64,000 nucleotides of DNA from Anthoceros angustus (taxonomy: Eukaryota > Plantae > Anthocerotophyta), in contig MU008155.1 of assembly GCA_010909165.1 (NCBI GenBank), positions 620,001 through 684,000 on the forward strand, read 5' to 3'. Below the pieces are notes generated by a model. That model saw only the letters and a program-made list of their open reading frames with translations. It did no database searches and was not told the origin of the DNA. Made by a program: the position numbers and the translations under genes. Shown here in pieces: positions 1 through 11,201 of this stretch (position 1 is the first letter of the stretch; each line of letters opens with the position of its first letter).

Positions 1-3000
1 CGATGCTCTCCATCTCCTCACACTTGCAGACCAGCACAGAGACACACACAATGGACAGCAAATAGGCGTGCGCCCAGTACCAGCAGATTTACGGACATAT
101 AGATGGAGGCACGCTCAATCAGCAGGAGCATTTCTTAACAAGACTCACCAACACGGAGGAACATCACCGGGTGTGGACCACATTGGGCTCAGCAGTGCTA
201 GCGCGGGCAAGCGCGCCCCATCACAAAACACGCACGGCGAAGGCATGCCCATGGAAAGCCCTTCATCACGCTTAGGATTGGGACCATCCTCCTCCGGCGG
301 CCCATCCTCGGGAGCGCGCCCTCACGGCCATCATGAACAGGCGGATACGAGTATTTTTTACCAACCTTTCAACACACATGCGCGGGGCGACTTTCGGCCA
401 CACAACTTCAATCCCGGCTCTCAACCTCGACCCGGCACCCCAAAAGCAAGTAGGCAACTATATTTTAATATAAATAATGATCCTAACTCCATCATTCAAC
501 CTACAAATACTCAAGTTGCTGAAGATTCTCTTCTCGAGGATATTATTATTGAGGACACCACACAACTAGATGATCCCGTTGACACAAGAGGCAGGCGTCC
601 TCAAAGACTCGATGCCCTGAGTGTGTCGCTCATGAAGTACCTTGCTCAGTCCCTTTGTGAGGAGGTCAGCTGTGTTGTCGTTGGTGTTCACGTAACTCAA
701 AGCAATATGTTTGTTGGCCACCACTTGTCGAATGAAGTGGTGCTGGATCTCTACATGCTTAGTCCTTGCATGCAGAACTGGATTAAGTATCATCGCTATA
801 GCTGACTGATTATCACACTGCAGATTTGTGGGTTCCAGCTGTTCTTCATACACATCCTTGAGGAATTGACGTATCCACAGAATCTTCTTACCAGCTAGTG
901 AGGCAGCTGCGTATTCGGCTTCTGTGGATGATAGGCAAACTGTTTGCATCTTTTTACTTGCCCATGAGACACATGATCCGTTGATCATCATGCAGTATGC
1001 TGCAGTCGACTTCCTTGCATCTGGATCCCCTGCCCAGTCTGCATCTGAGAAGGCTGTTAGTGTGAATGGCGGAATGGGGTTTCCAGCGTACCTCAGTCCT
1101 AGGGTTTTAGTTCCCTTCATATATCTAAGAATTTGCTTCACACAGGTCCAATGTGCGATGCCTGGATTTGACAGATATCTCGATGCAATGTTGACAGCTT
1201 GGGCAATGTCAGGTCGTGTCCAAATGGAGAGGTATAGGAGGCTACCGACTGCTTCGCTGTAAGGTATGTTGGTCATTTCCTTTGCTTCCTCTGGTGTTGC
1301 TGGACAATCTTCAGCTGATACTTTTTCCCCTACAGCTATGGGTGTTGACACCGGCTTGGCTTCCCTCAGGTTGAAACGTTCAAGCAGCTGATCCACATAA
1401 TGTGACTAGTGGATGAAGAATGTGTGATCGGTGATACTTCTCTCAAACTGAACTCCAAGGGCGAATTTCAGTGGTCCCATATCCGAGACCTCATATTCCT
1501 TTGACAGCAAGTCCTTCACATGCTGGATGAGAGCTGGATCACTGCCAAAGATGAAGTTATCGTCGACGTAAAGTGTTACAATTACGAATTGCTTCCCTGT
1601 CCTCATTGAATACAGACTTGTATCAGCAGTGAGGGGTATAAAACCACTCTTCTTCAAGTATAGGTCTACTGTCTCATTCCATACTTGAGCAGATTGTTTA
1701 AGCCCGTAAAGAGATTTGAGTAGCTTGCAAACCTTGTTCGGATTTTTCACAAACCCTGGAGGTTGGAGCATGTATATCTCTTCTTGCAAGGTGCCGTAGA
1801 GGAATGTCGTTTTAACATTAACTTGATGTATCTCCAGGTGATGATGGGCTGCAAAAGCTAGCAAAATGCGTATGGAAGTGGACTTTATCACAGGGCTGTA
1901 CAGTCTATCCTCTTCGTAGTCAAACCCTGGGGTTTGTGTGAAGCCTCTGGCTACGAGTCTTCCTTTGTATCTTGATACGGTGCCATCGGGGTTCAGCTTT
2001 CGTCTGAAGGTCCACTTGCACGAAATGGGCTTCCTCCCTAGTGGCAGATCCGTGAGTTCCCATGTCTTGTTGTCATGATCAATGAATTGTATTCGTCCTT
2101 TGCGGCAGCTGTCCAGTTGGGAGAGTTGAAGGCTTCTTCAATGGTGAGGGGTACTCCCTGCATTTCATTTGCCGAAAGTGCTTGGTGCAAGGCGAGCTGT
2201 ACATGGTCCACTTGTGGTTGCTGAGAATTAAGTGGTGTGTCTTCTGCTGTGATTGTGGCTTGCTGTTGGACGATTGGGTCGCCTGGAGCGTACGGTGGTT
2301 CAATCCATTCTGATCGAGGAGGTTTATGCCTGGTGGATCTTCGTGGTTGCCGAACTGGAGGGTTAGGAAACTGGGAGGAATCTGGGATTGGGTTTACCTC
2401 TGCCGTTACCCGTACGAGTTTAGGTGTAGCTCCATCTGAATCTGGTGCTGGTAAGTCTTGCTGTGAGGGCAATGGATTACCGGGAAGTGAGTTGACCTGC
2501 TGTTGCTGGTTTAACCTTGGCTGAGTGTTAATGACTGATGTTGGCTGCGCAGGTTTCTGGTTGATGGGGGCTCTAGATGGGATGGCTACTGGTGCGGGTT
2601 GCTGTGCTGCTGGTAATATCTGTTGTCCTGCTGACTGATGCTGGTACACCTCTGGAACTTGTGATTCATCAAAAGTGTCATCATATGTGCCCCCCTCAAG
2701 GGCAAGAGGGGTGGCAGGATCAGTGGGAAAGCCTTGTATGCTAGCAGGAGGTAAAGGTGTGGCAGTGTCTATGCTGGTGAGGTAATGTTGTATGAGGTGA
2801 CTTTCATTAAAGTGAGCGCTTCTAGAATGGAGGACCTCTCTGCTGACGGGGTCCCATAGCTTGTAGGCTTTGACTTGGTCAGAATAACCTATGAGAAGGA
2901 GCTTACGGCCTTTATCGTCCCATTTTCGGCGAGAAGCATCTGCTATGTGGGCGAAGGTTGGACTCCCGAAAATTCTGAAATGAGATATCCTAGGCTTATT

Positions 3001-5629
3001 TCCTGTCCATCTCTCATAGGGTGTTGTATTTGGAAGTTCCTTAGTTGGGAGAGGATTTTTGAGATAGATGGAGGTAGCGACAGCTTCTGCCCAGTAACCC
3101 TTTGATAGGCCAGCTAATTTGAGGAGTGACCGTGAAATTTCTAGCAAAGACCTGTTCAGTCTCTCAGCAAAGGGATTTTGGGCAGGTGTATGAGGGACGG
3201 TGTACTGACATAAAATTCCCTTTAATTTGCAGAAGGACTGGAAGGAGTGGCTGGTGAACTCTCCACCGTTATCAGTTCGGAGGGTGCCTACCAGGAAACC
3301 TGTTTGTCTCTCACTTGTCAGGAGGAACTCTTGAAAGCAAGCTAGGGCTTCGTCCTTGTGCTTGAGAAAGAAGATATGTGTGTCTCTGCTCCACTCATCC
3401 ATGAAAGTGGGGAAATAGGAATGTCCTCCTAAGGAAGTTGTGCTCATGGAGCCACTAATGTCAGAGTGTATCACCTCAAGTAGTCGGCGAGCTCGTGTCG
3501 GTGATGGGTCATTGAAAGGGAGTTGATTCAGTTTTGTGTACTTGCAGATCTCACAGAAGAAGTCTTGTGGCACACTGATTTTAATGGGGTCCCTATACAT
3601 TGATGGGTTGGCAAGGGCATTGAGGTACCTTGGATTCATGTGGCCTGCTCTGCAGTGCCATAAGAGTGATGTCTGTGGATTTCCTTTGTTGGAACTGTCA
3701 ACTAACAATGATAAAGCTGAATGGATGTTTAACAGGTATAGATCATTGTATGGAAGGCCATGTGCAAGAGCAGTTTGTGTTGGGTCCTTAGCATGGTTGA
3801 TGGTACAGTGGTTACCTTGGAATACTACTACCAGGTCATGTTCTGTGGCCAGCTTGCGTACAAGACTCCGTTGATAATGAGGTACTCTCCATTTGATAAT
3901 CGAAGTCGAACTTCGCCAGTTCCTTCAATTGACAATGCACTGTCGTCTCCAAGTAATACATGCTAATCCGACAAGACTTGGTGGTATGTTTCGAACATAT
4001 CTCTGCTGCTACAGATGTGTGTGGTGGCCCCGGAGTCGAGAAACCGCCTGTTTGGATCAGTCCTGGTCAATGTGAGGCAAACTGCTAGAATGGAGCTTCT
4101 TGGAGGCTGCTTTGCTCCTGTAGTCATATGTGACTCATGTCACAAGCCGTCTCTGCGTGGCTCTCCTGATTGCTTTTTCCTGCACTCGTTCTCGTAGTGT
4201 CCAAGTATTTTGCACCAATTGCATGTGCCTTTCTGACCTCTGCTGGTAAATGGCTTGCTGCCTTGATTAAAACCAGGTTTGGTGAACTGACCAGGTGTTT
4301 TCTGTGTGGAGAAAAAAAGGCCAGTTCTGAATCCTCCTCGTCGTGCACCTCTGCCTCTTGAAGTGAAAGGCACATGAGTTGTTCTAGCATTGGAACGTGT
4401 GCTGCCTGCTCTGCTGGATTCCTCCTCGAGCAGGGCTGCTATCACTTCTGATAATGTGTTGGCTTGTGGTGTCGGCGACGACTGTGATTGACGAAGCAAT
4501 GTATTTTGTGAACTCACAAAAGTTCTGTATGATGCGGGCAACGAAGTCAGAAGGGTGATTGCACCTTGGTATTCAGTGATAGTTGTACCACTGGGGGCCA
4601 GCCTTGCTCGTGCCGAGCGAAAGTTGTGAACATGCTGTTCCACAGTTTCGGACTCCTTCATCTTTTAAGAGTAAAATTGTCTCGTCACCTTTATCAATGT
4701 CATTGAACTTTGTGCTTGAAACATATCGTTGAATGTGCTCCACACACCGTGAGAGGTCGCCTGACCATGGGTATGTTTAAGCATGTTTCTGTCAATGGCA
4801 GAGATGAGTAGATTTCTGGCTCTCTTATCCTTCTTGACCCAAGCTGCTATCTCGTCTGCAGGTGCTGGTGGTGTGGATGTGGTTGATGGCTTGGGAGTGG
4901 TGCCGTCGACGATGGTCATCAGGTCGTGCTCCTCAAGCAGAGCCGTGATCCTCATCTACCAAATGTCATAATCGCTTCCTGTGAAGCGATCTTGGTCACG
5001 AAATTCCATTTTCGTGGTGTTAAAGTTCAATGTCGTGTTTCCAGCAGGTGGATTTGGGTTTGCCATTCTCTGGCGGCGTGTCTTGATTTTGTTAGATGCA
5101 TTTGCGAGAGGGTCAAATGCGAACATATACAAGCGATTCTGAGGCCTGCGTAAGGTGATTGTACCTACATCTTTTGATTGAGGCCGAGCTTGCAAACCTC
5201 TAGATGCAATGCTTCGATTTGAGATTCAATACAATTGGGTTGGAGTCTAATGTACTCGGGTGTTGCAGGTACTACGGCAGGAGATGGTGCAACATATGCG
5301 CATCCATGGCTGTGGCGAGGGCGTGTTGCGAATGCTGTTGGGAATCGTGGTACAGTCGGCGCTCGCGATGGCAGATAGGTTACTCTCCTGCGCAATTGGC
5401 TCTCTTCGGCGTCTCTGATCTTGGTGAATCTTTCTGTGCAACCCTTACAGATTCTTGAGAGCGGTGATGTAGGTCGTCCATGCGGCGCATAGCTTGCTGG
5501 TGAGCGGCGCCGAGGCATCTTGCTGCCGGGCCTGTGCGGCTAGCTGCCGGCACGTCTGCTTCGGGCCATGCTCCTGGATTGCGGACACCCAGGCGCGAGG
5601 CGTGGAGTAGAGGCCGAGCGGCGTATATG

Positions 5630-5641
5630 GTTGTGATACCA
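5630..5641 (-). promoter_or_regulatory. Primer binding site (tRNA-iMet type)
   Basis: TGGTATCACAAC on the minus strand directly after the LTR-terminal CA. Confidence 0.7.
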
Positions 5642-5877
5642 TGTGGTAGTTGTGAACGCCGAATAGAATGATTTATTGATCTAGGCAAATGCCTTAAATA
5701 CATCTCTTAAGTATGGTTACAACTGCATAACTGTATTTACGGTTTAATTAGTCTAAACTGCCTAAACTTAATAACTGTTCGTAAAGCTCTATGCACGAAA
5801 CGTGCCCTAATAACTTAAGCATGCTTTACAACCTAAGTTCGGCTGCGCACACACACATGCATATATATACTCCAACA
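5642..5877 (-). repeat. 5' LTR of the copia element (~236 bp)
   Basis: Minus strand reads TGTTGG...ACCACA, immediately followed by a PBS-like TGGTATC. Confidence 0.7.
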
Positions 5878-5879
5878 AT

Positions 5880-7800
5880 AGAGGGGCAGGGGCTTGAGCT
5901 AGAGATGTGTTTACTCGATGGCACTGATCAGGTCTGGAGGCTGTGGTTGAATGGCAGATCTAGTGTGGCTAAAATTATGGAAAACCTATGGCTCCTGCTG
6001 TGGCTTCTGGGCAGATCTGGACATGTGGCTGAATGTTAGAGCTGGGCTCCCGCTGTGGTTGCTAGGCAAATTTGAAAATGTGGTTGCATGGCAGAGTTGT
6101 GGCTGCTAGAGGCTTAGGCTGCGGCATGAGCCAGAGGCCTACGGCTCGAGGCATGGCTGTGCCTCCTCTAGGTGGGACTATGGCTGCTCGAACAAGCAAA
6201 GGTCTGTTGTTCTAGATTTGCAGATGTGGAGGCTGGCTCGATCTTTGTGTGTTCTAAATTATTGGATTTGGGTGTCTTATGTATCTTGTGCTCACTTGGG
6301 TTGACTTGGGTTGAACAAGTAGCGAATTATCCAGAGTTGGACATTTGTAGTGTTCCTCATGTCCCAATCCACTTGTTGGCTTGTGTGTGCAGGGGGAATT
6401 CCTCTAGGTCCAAACCTGAGGAACATGAAGATAGTGAGGAGGCCAGAGCTATGGAAGATGATGGGCAAGAGGGGACTTTTGCGCAGTCGTTTGGTGATAG
6501 TGAAGAGATTGCAGCCGCGGTGGAAGCGAGCTCACCCGAGGTGCCCAAGCGCCGCAATGGTAGATCCTTGGAATCCAAGAGCAGGGCGATAGAAAAGCAG
6601 AGCCGGAAAAGAAGCTAATACAAGAGTGCTTAAGCCGAGATCCGCTTAAGCCGATCTCCCAAGGAATGGAAAGTCAAGAGCAAAGTGTGTTCCCGGCAAG
6701 GATCCTTTCCTAGCTCAAAGGCATGCTAAATAGCCATGTCCACCCTTAACCGGGCGAGAAACTCCATAGCGGCAGCACCCGGATCCACAATATGAGAACC
6801 AAGACCAGAAATTCATTAATTCAAAGCACGGCGGGCCCGGTCTGATGTTTTAGAAAGAACTTGTGAGGAAGAAGGAGCGACTATGATCTCCACAAATTTG
6901 TGACCTCAAAGTTTCTCCATATAGGTAGGTGAAGCTAGCTCCAAATCTATTACCTTGTCCTCAACTTTCCAGGCCCGGAAAGCAACATTCTTCACCACTC
7001 GCTCCCGAAATTGCATAGAGAGATTGTTCACTTGGTTAGCAAAACCTAATAAATCCTTCACATATAGATGTATGTAGTTTTTGATGCCCCTGCAATTGAT
7101 TAATCATAAGCCTATGCAATCTCCAGTGTTTAGAATCAATAACTTTGCAAAAAACTTTCCCAAACCGCTGGGACTTGAGCTTTATCTTTGATCGAGCAAA
7201 ATGTGAAATTTCTAAATGCAAAAGCGCAAAGAACTTCTTCAAACCCGAAGCCCTATTTTACGAGAGCAAACTTCATTAGCCGATCCCTCTTAGCACATGA
7301 AGCGTCGAGAAATAGTTGCTATAGCCGAGTCAACATACTCTTGCAATCCCTAAATCACGGTATTATTTTCATCCATGCGTTCCAATAAGTCATCACTAAA
7401 GGCATCCAACATAGCCAAATCCCGTTGTAATTTTTAAATAACAACATTCTTAACACCCAGATCTTGCAAAATCTTTGTCTCCAAGGCATTCATCTGATTA
7501 CCCAGGGTCTACAAAATCTTTGTCTCCAGGCCATTCACCAATATCATCCAGAGTCTGCAAAAGCTTTGACTCCAAGGCATTCACCTGATGTTCCAACGCA
7601 ATCAACTTACTATCCACCAACTTTACTGTAGGTTTCCTAGGTTGAGAACCCAGAGGAACCAAGGACTGAGACACCATACCAATCCACAAAGAAGACCATT
7701 GTGCAACGGACATGGCAAGCAAGCCCCACGCAGGAAACCCACCTTGCACCTCAAAGCCAGCCCCAAGCACCAACAGAACACCAAAGCATGAGCGAAACCA
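5880..7800 (-). pseudogene. Decayed coiled-coil ORF of unknown, probably transposon, origin
   Basis: Stop-interrupted reading on the minus strand with three ~45-bp (15-aa) repeats at 7467-7590 (QVNALESKLLQTLDD / LVNGLETKIL*TLGN / QMNALETKILQDLGV); no recognisable family motif. Confidence 0.3.
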
Positions 7801-8799
7801 GAATTCGGAACCCTAATCTCGGCCAACAAATGCCGAATGCACTAGCAAGGCCATCGCCCCAGGCCCCACATTATGGGGGACCACACCCCCGCCCATACTT
7901 GGACCTCAACACAGCAACCCCCACCAAACTGCAGTGCATGTAAATGACTTGGTACACTCTCCAACTTGTTCCTCAAAGTTTAGCCGATATCCATCCTCCA
8001 TCGACACTGGCAAGAGTGGAATTGGACAGTGCAACGGACCGATCTCGCTATGGCATGGGAGAATCAAGCATGTAAGATGGTTAGGTGGTAGGTTCCACAT
8101 GCTTTGGAAAGCGTGACGTTAATTTGTGTGGAGATTTAGGCCATGCTTGAAATGAGAAACAATTATCTACATACAAGCTTTCCTGTGGACCCGACATGGC
8201 TGTCGGGAGGATTTCAGCACTTACCTTCTTGTATTTCTCTCTAATAGCACTCAATGTCTCCAAGGAAGTTTCGGCTTCATATATGTTGAAAAATTTCGAA
8301 CAAAGCTGACATCCTTTTCTATCGCTAAGCTCGATGTAATTTGAACTCCACTGTGTACAATGCATGAGGCGGCAGAAACATGATGGTGCAACATCCATGG
8401 GATCTTGGCTCCTGACTTGCAACCTTGGTTGGCAAGGTAAAAGATGATGATGAAAAGATTATCCACGTCGACAATTATGGCAGAGGTCTGATTGATCTAA
8501 ATTGGTGCTGCCACTCCATGCACGGTTTAGGGTTTAGGATCAACGCCTCGCAGCTTATACTCAAACAAGTGAAACCAGTGCAATTCCAACATTACCAACA
8601 TCTAAAACCAATATTACCAACATTCCTATCACCGGGGCCATGCATTACGACTTCGACGACGGGTCCTACCTTTGCGTTCAACCAATGCTTTTTTCTCCAG
8701 CCTTACCGATATGGCGGCACGAAGACTTCCATCTACCCCTCCTCCTCCCACCCCCAAGGGGAACAACCCAACAAAGGGCCCATGCCAAGGGACTAACCC

Positions 8800-9960
8800 G
8801 ATTGCTCATCTCGAACCGCCTTAAAGAATTTCGTGATCGGGATAAGAATAGGCCTACCTACCACAGATGCCGAAGAAGCTGCATCCCCAGCACTAGCCGT
8901 TGTTCTGTACACCGTATTTGCCAACGCCCTCTGCAGGCGATGGATACCCGTTGCTTGAAGAAAGCTACAATACAGGAAAAGGGGAGACTAACCCCATTCT
9001 TGCGATTGTGCTAAGCCTTGGCATAGGCCTGAACGAAGCTGGAGAAATCCTTGTCCATGGCCTCGTGGGTCTCGATGGCAAGGATAACATGCTCACAGAA
9101 GCTGTCCCAGATAGGGTCTGTTACAACCACATCAGCAACAGAAACCTGGTCCTCCCGAGTCAAAAACAGGTCAGCCCTGAGAGAAACACCATTGAGCAGG
9201 GTATATGGGCGCTCTCTATACGGAGAGAATCCACTCTCCTTAGCCATCAAGAACATGATGTCCCAAACAGCGTTGCGTAGCAAGATCCCAAAGTCATTGA
9301 GAGGGGCCCCACAGGCGCACGTTGAGAGAGAGTGGGCCAAAGGTTGGGCAAAACCCAGACAGAACGTCATCTCGGTGGAAAAAGTTGCTGGTGCGAAGTA
9401 GAACGCTTAGATACCGGCCGAGCCAAAAGCCAAGAGCCTACTCTCTTCCCTGAGCAAGAGCGGAGGTGAGCTCGAAGTGGGATTAGGAATGGAGGAATCT
9501 CGGAGAAGGGCCGGCCATTTGCGCTTGCCCATAATGCTTCTCTAAGAGGGACGCTTGAAGCCCACGCAGCCCAACCTTGGGGAGCGAGTAAAAATGTGGC
9601 ATGTCGGCCCTGACGAATAAAGATCTCCTGGCTAACCTCAAGGATGCCTGCAGGGGGAAAGCTCCCACTTTAACGTCTGAGACGAAAGCCTCCGGATGTG
9701 GGAATCCCGGATTAAAAAATGGCAGGCTAAGATGGAGGTAGAGAGGGCCCAGCTCCCTAAGAAGGCCGTTGGCGCAGAGGCCTCCATGGGCCAGCAAACC
9801 GGTGCCCCCAAAAGCGACAAGAAGAAACTCCTGCCACCTTGCCAAATCCCCGGTAGCGCACTCGAAGGTGCCCGGGCCGATGATGTTACCCAACGCCTAC
9901 ATAATCTGTTTCTCAAAACCCCCAGGCTTGACAGGAAAGCTGTGGAGGGAGGTACTGTTT
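8800..9960 (-). mobile_element. 5'-truncated CRE-like non-LTR retrotransposon (RT C-terminus + RLE endonuclease), decayed
   Basis: ARWQ..L...GGTGL / AFLGSWAL thumb region, CACG zinc knuckle, E...LRADL...V.ADVVVTDP PD-(D/E)xK-like motif, terminal KQRVSIA(L)QRALANTV; frameshifted. Confidence 0.75.
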
Positions 9961-10019
9961 AGATAAATTACCCTGAGCGATGTGCAAGTTTGCCTTTCCA
10001 CAAAAGAACACAACTAGTA

Positions 10020-10560
10020 CAGGTTTCCTACTCAAACACCCCTGGCAACCACTCTAGTATTCGATAACTTGGGTTGGATCCGAAATCTTTGAATTTGAAC
10101 TCAACCTCATGATAATAATCGGAGATTTTTGCAACAGAAGAAAGATTCCTCGCAAGATCAGGCACATGATGCATGTTCTTAACCAGGCACATGATGCATG
10201 TCCTTAATCAGGCACATGATGCATGTCCTTAATACATGAAAACTGTCCCCCTAGTAGTAGGACCCGTAACATTCCTTTTCCCTTGATGTCATGTGACCTA
10301 TTGTCACCAAGCGCCACTGCATGCCCCATTGGCAATACCTTGTAGCTTGAAAACCAAGGAAGCCCCACTGGCAATACCTCGTAGCTTGAAAACCAAGGAA
10401 GCCCCATTGGCAATACTTCGTAGCTTGAAAACACTGAAGTCAAGATACATACTCTCACCCTTCTTTAATGAAGTCGCCTAATCTCTTTCCGCGAAGCAGG
10501 CGAAGATGTGTTCTTGGTCCTTCTCGCTGACTTGATTGGTTTGGGATGATTTCCCCTTCT
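10020..10560 (-). mobile_element. Ty1/copia protease-region fragment with internal tandem duplications
   Basis: FSSYEVLPMG..VALGDNRSHDIKGKG..IKDMHHVPD; 25-bp x3 (10159-10233) and 39-bp x3 (10323-10432) repeats. Confidence 0.75.
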
Positions 10561-11201
10561 TCAAGTCGGATATGTGTATCTTTGTATAAACTGCCTATTA
10601 TATTATAAAGGTATATACTTTAGGGTTTGGGGAACAAAAGTTAAGTTGAACTTTAGAATTATTTTAAACATTCTTAATGGAAATGGTAACCAAACTTTAG
10701 TCTCAGCAGGAGGACACCGATTCTCCTGGAGAGGAAGCCGTGTTTCTGTTTTATTAGCTCCTTCGTCAACACAACAGCCGGTCAGGCTTACAATGCAATT
10801 CTTCGTCTGCAGGAGCTGCCCTCCTGGTGAAAGAACAGTGGCAATTCGGGACCGGACTGATTAGTGTTTCCTTGTCAGTAAGCGGCCTCCTACCTCCCAA
10901 ACGCGGCCTACAGGTTTCCCGCTCAGGCATTCCCTTTGGCAGACAGTTACATAAAATGATTGCATTCATTGTAGAGGCTGAAGCATCAATGTATCTCCTA
11001 GCGTTGTGTGAGCAGAACGTTTGGTCTTCCTTGTGCTTTCCCGTCAGAAACTGCCAAGACACAAGAGAAGCAAATCGGTCGGGATGGCTCAAAGCTTGTG
11101 AGCAAAGTGTTAGCAGACATTATCTGCGTGCGTAACGTGTCTGTTGTACAAAGTGCAGAGCACCACTATATCCGGATGCAAGTGAGCGCTAGAAACAAAA
11201 C

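Larger units (their letters stand above)
566..5877 (-). mobile_element. Ty1/copia LTR retrotransposon, decayed (gag-PR-IN-RT-RH), 3' LTR not found
   Basis: Gag with CCHC knuckle (CNWCKILGHYENEC), protease (FLDSGATTHIC), integrase (HSDISG...TDNGGEF...NPFAERLNR), RT (SLYGLKQSAQVW, LYVDD) and RNase H (FSDADWAG, TKHVEIQHHFIR) in copia order; in-frame premature stops at 4956 and 4665. Confidence 0.95.

Noticed and set aside
68-805. 245-aa plus-strand ORF
   Set aside because: Partly antisense to the copia RNase H, low complexity, no recognisable motif; not supportable as a gene.
8081-8466. Possible DNA-transposon (hAT/CACTA) fragment
   Set aside because: Only a vague SLAIEKD resemblance; no diagnostic motif or termini.
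8526-8538. Telomere-like TTTAGGG units
   Set aside because: Only about two units; too short to call an interstitial telomere.
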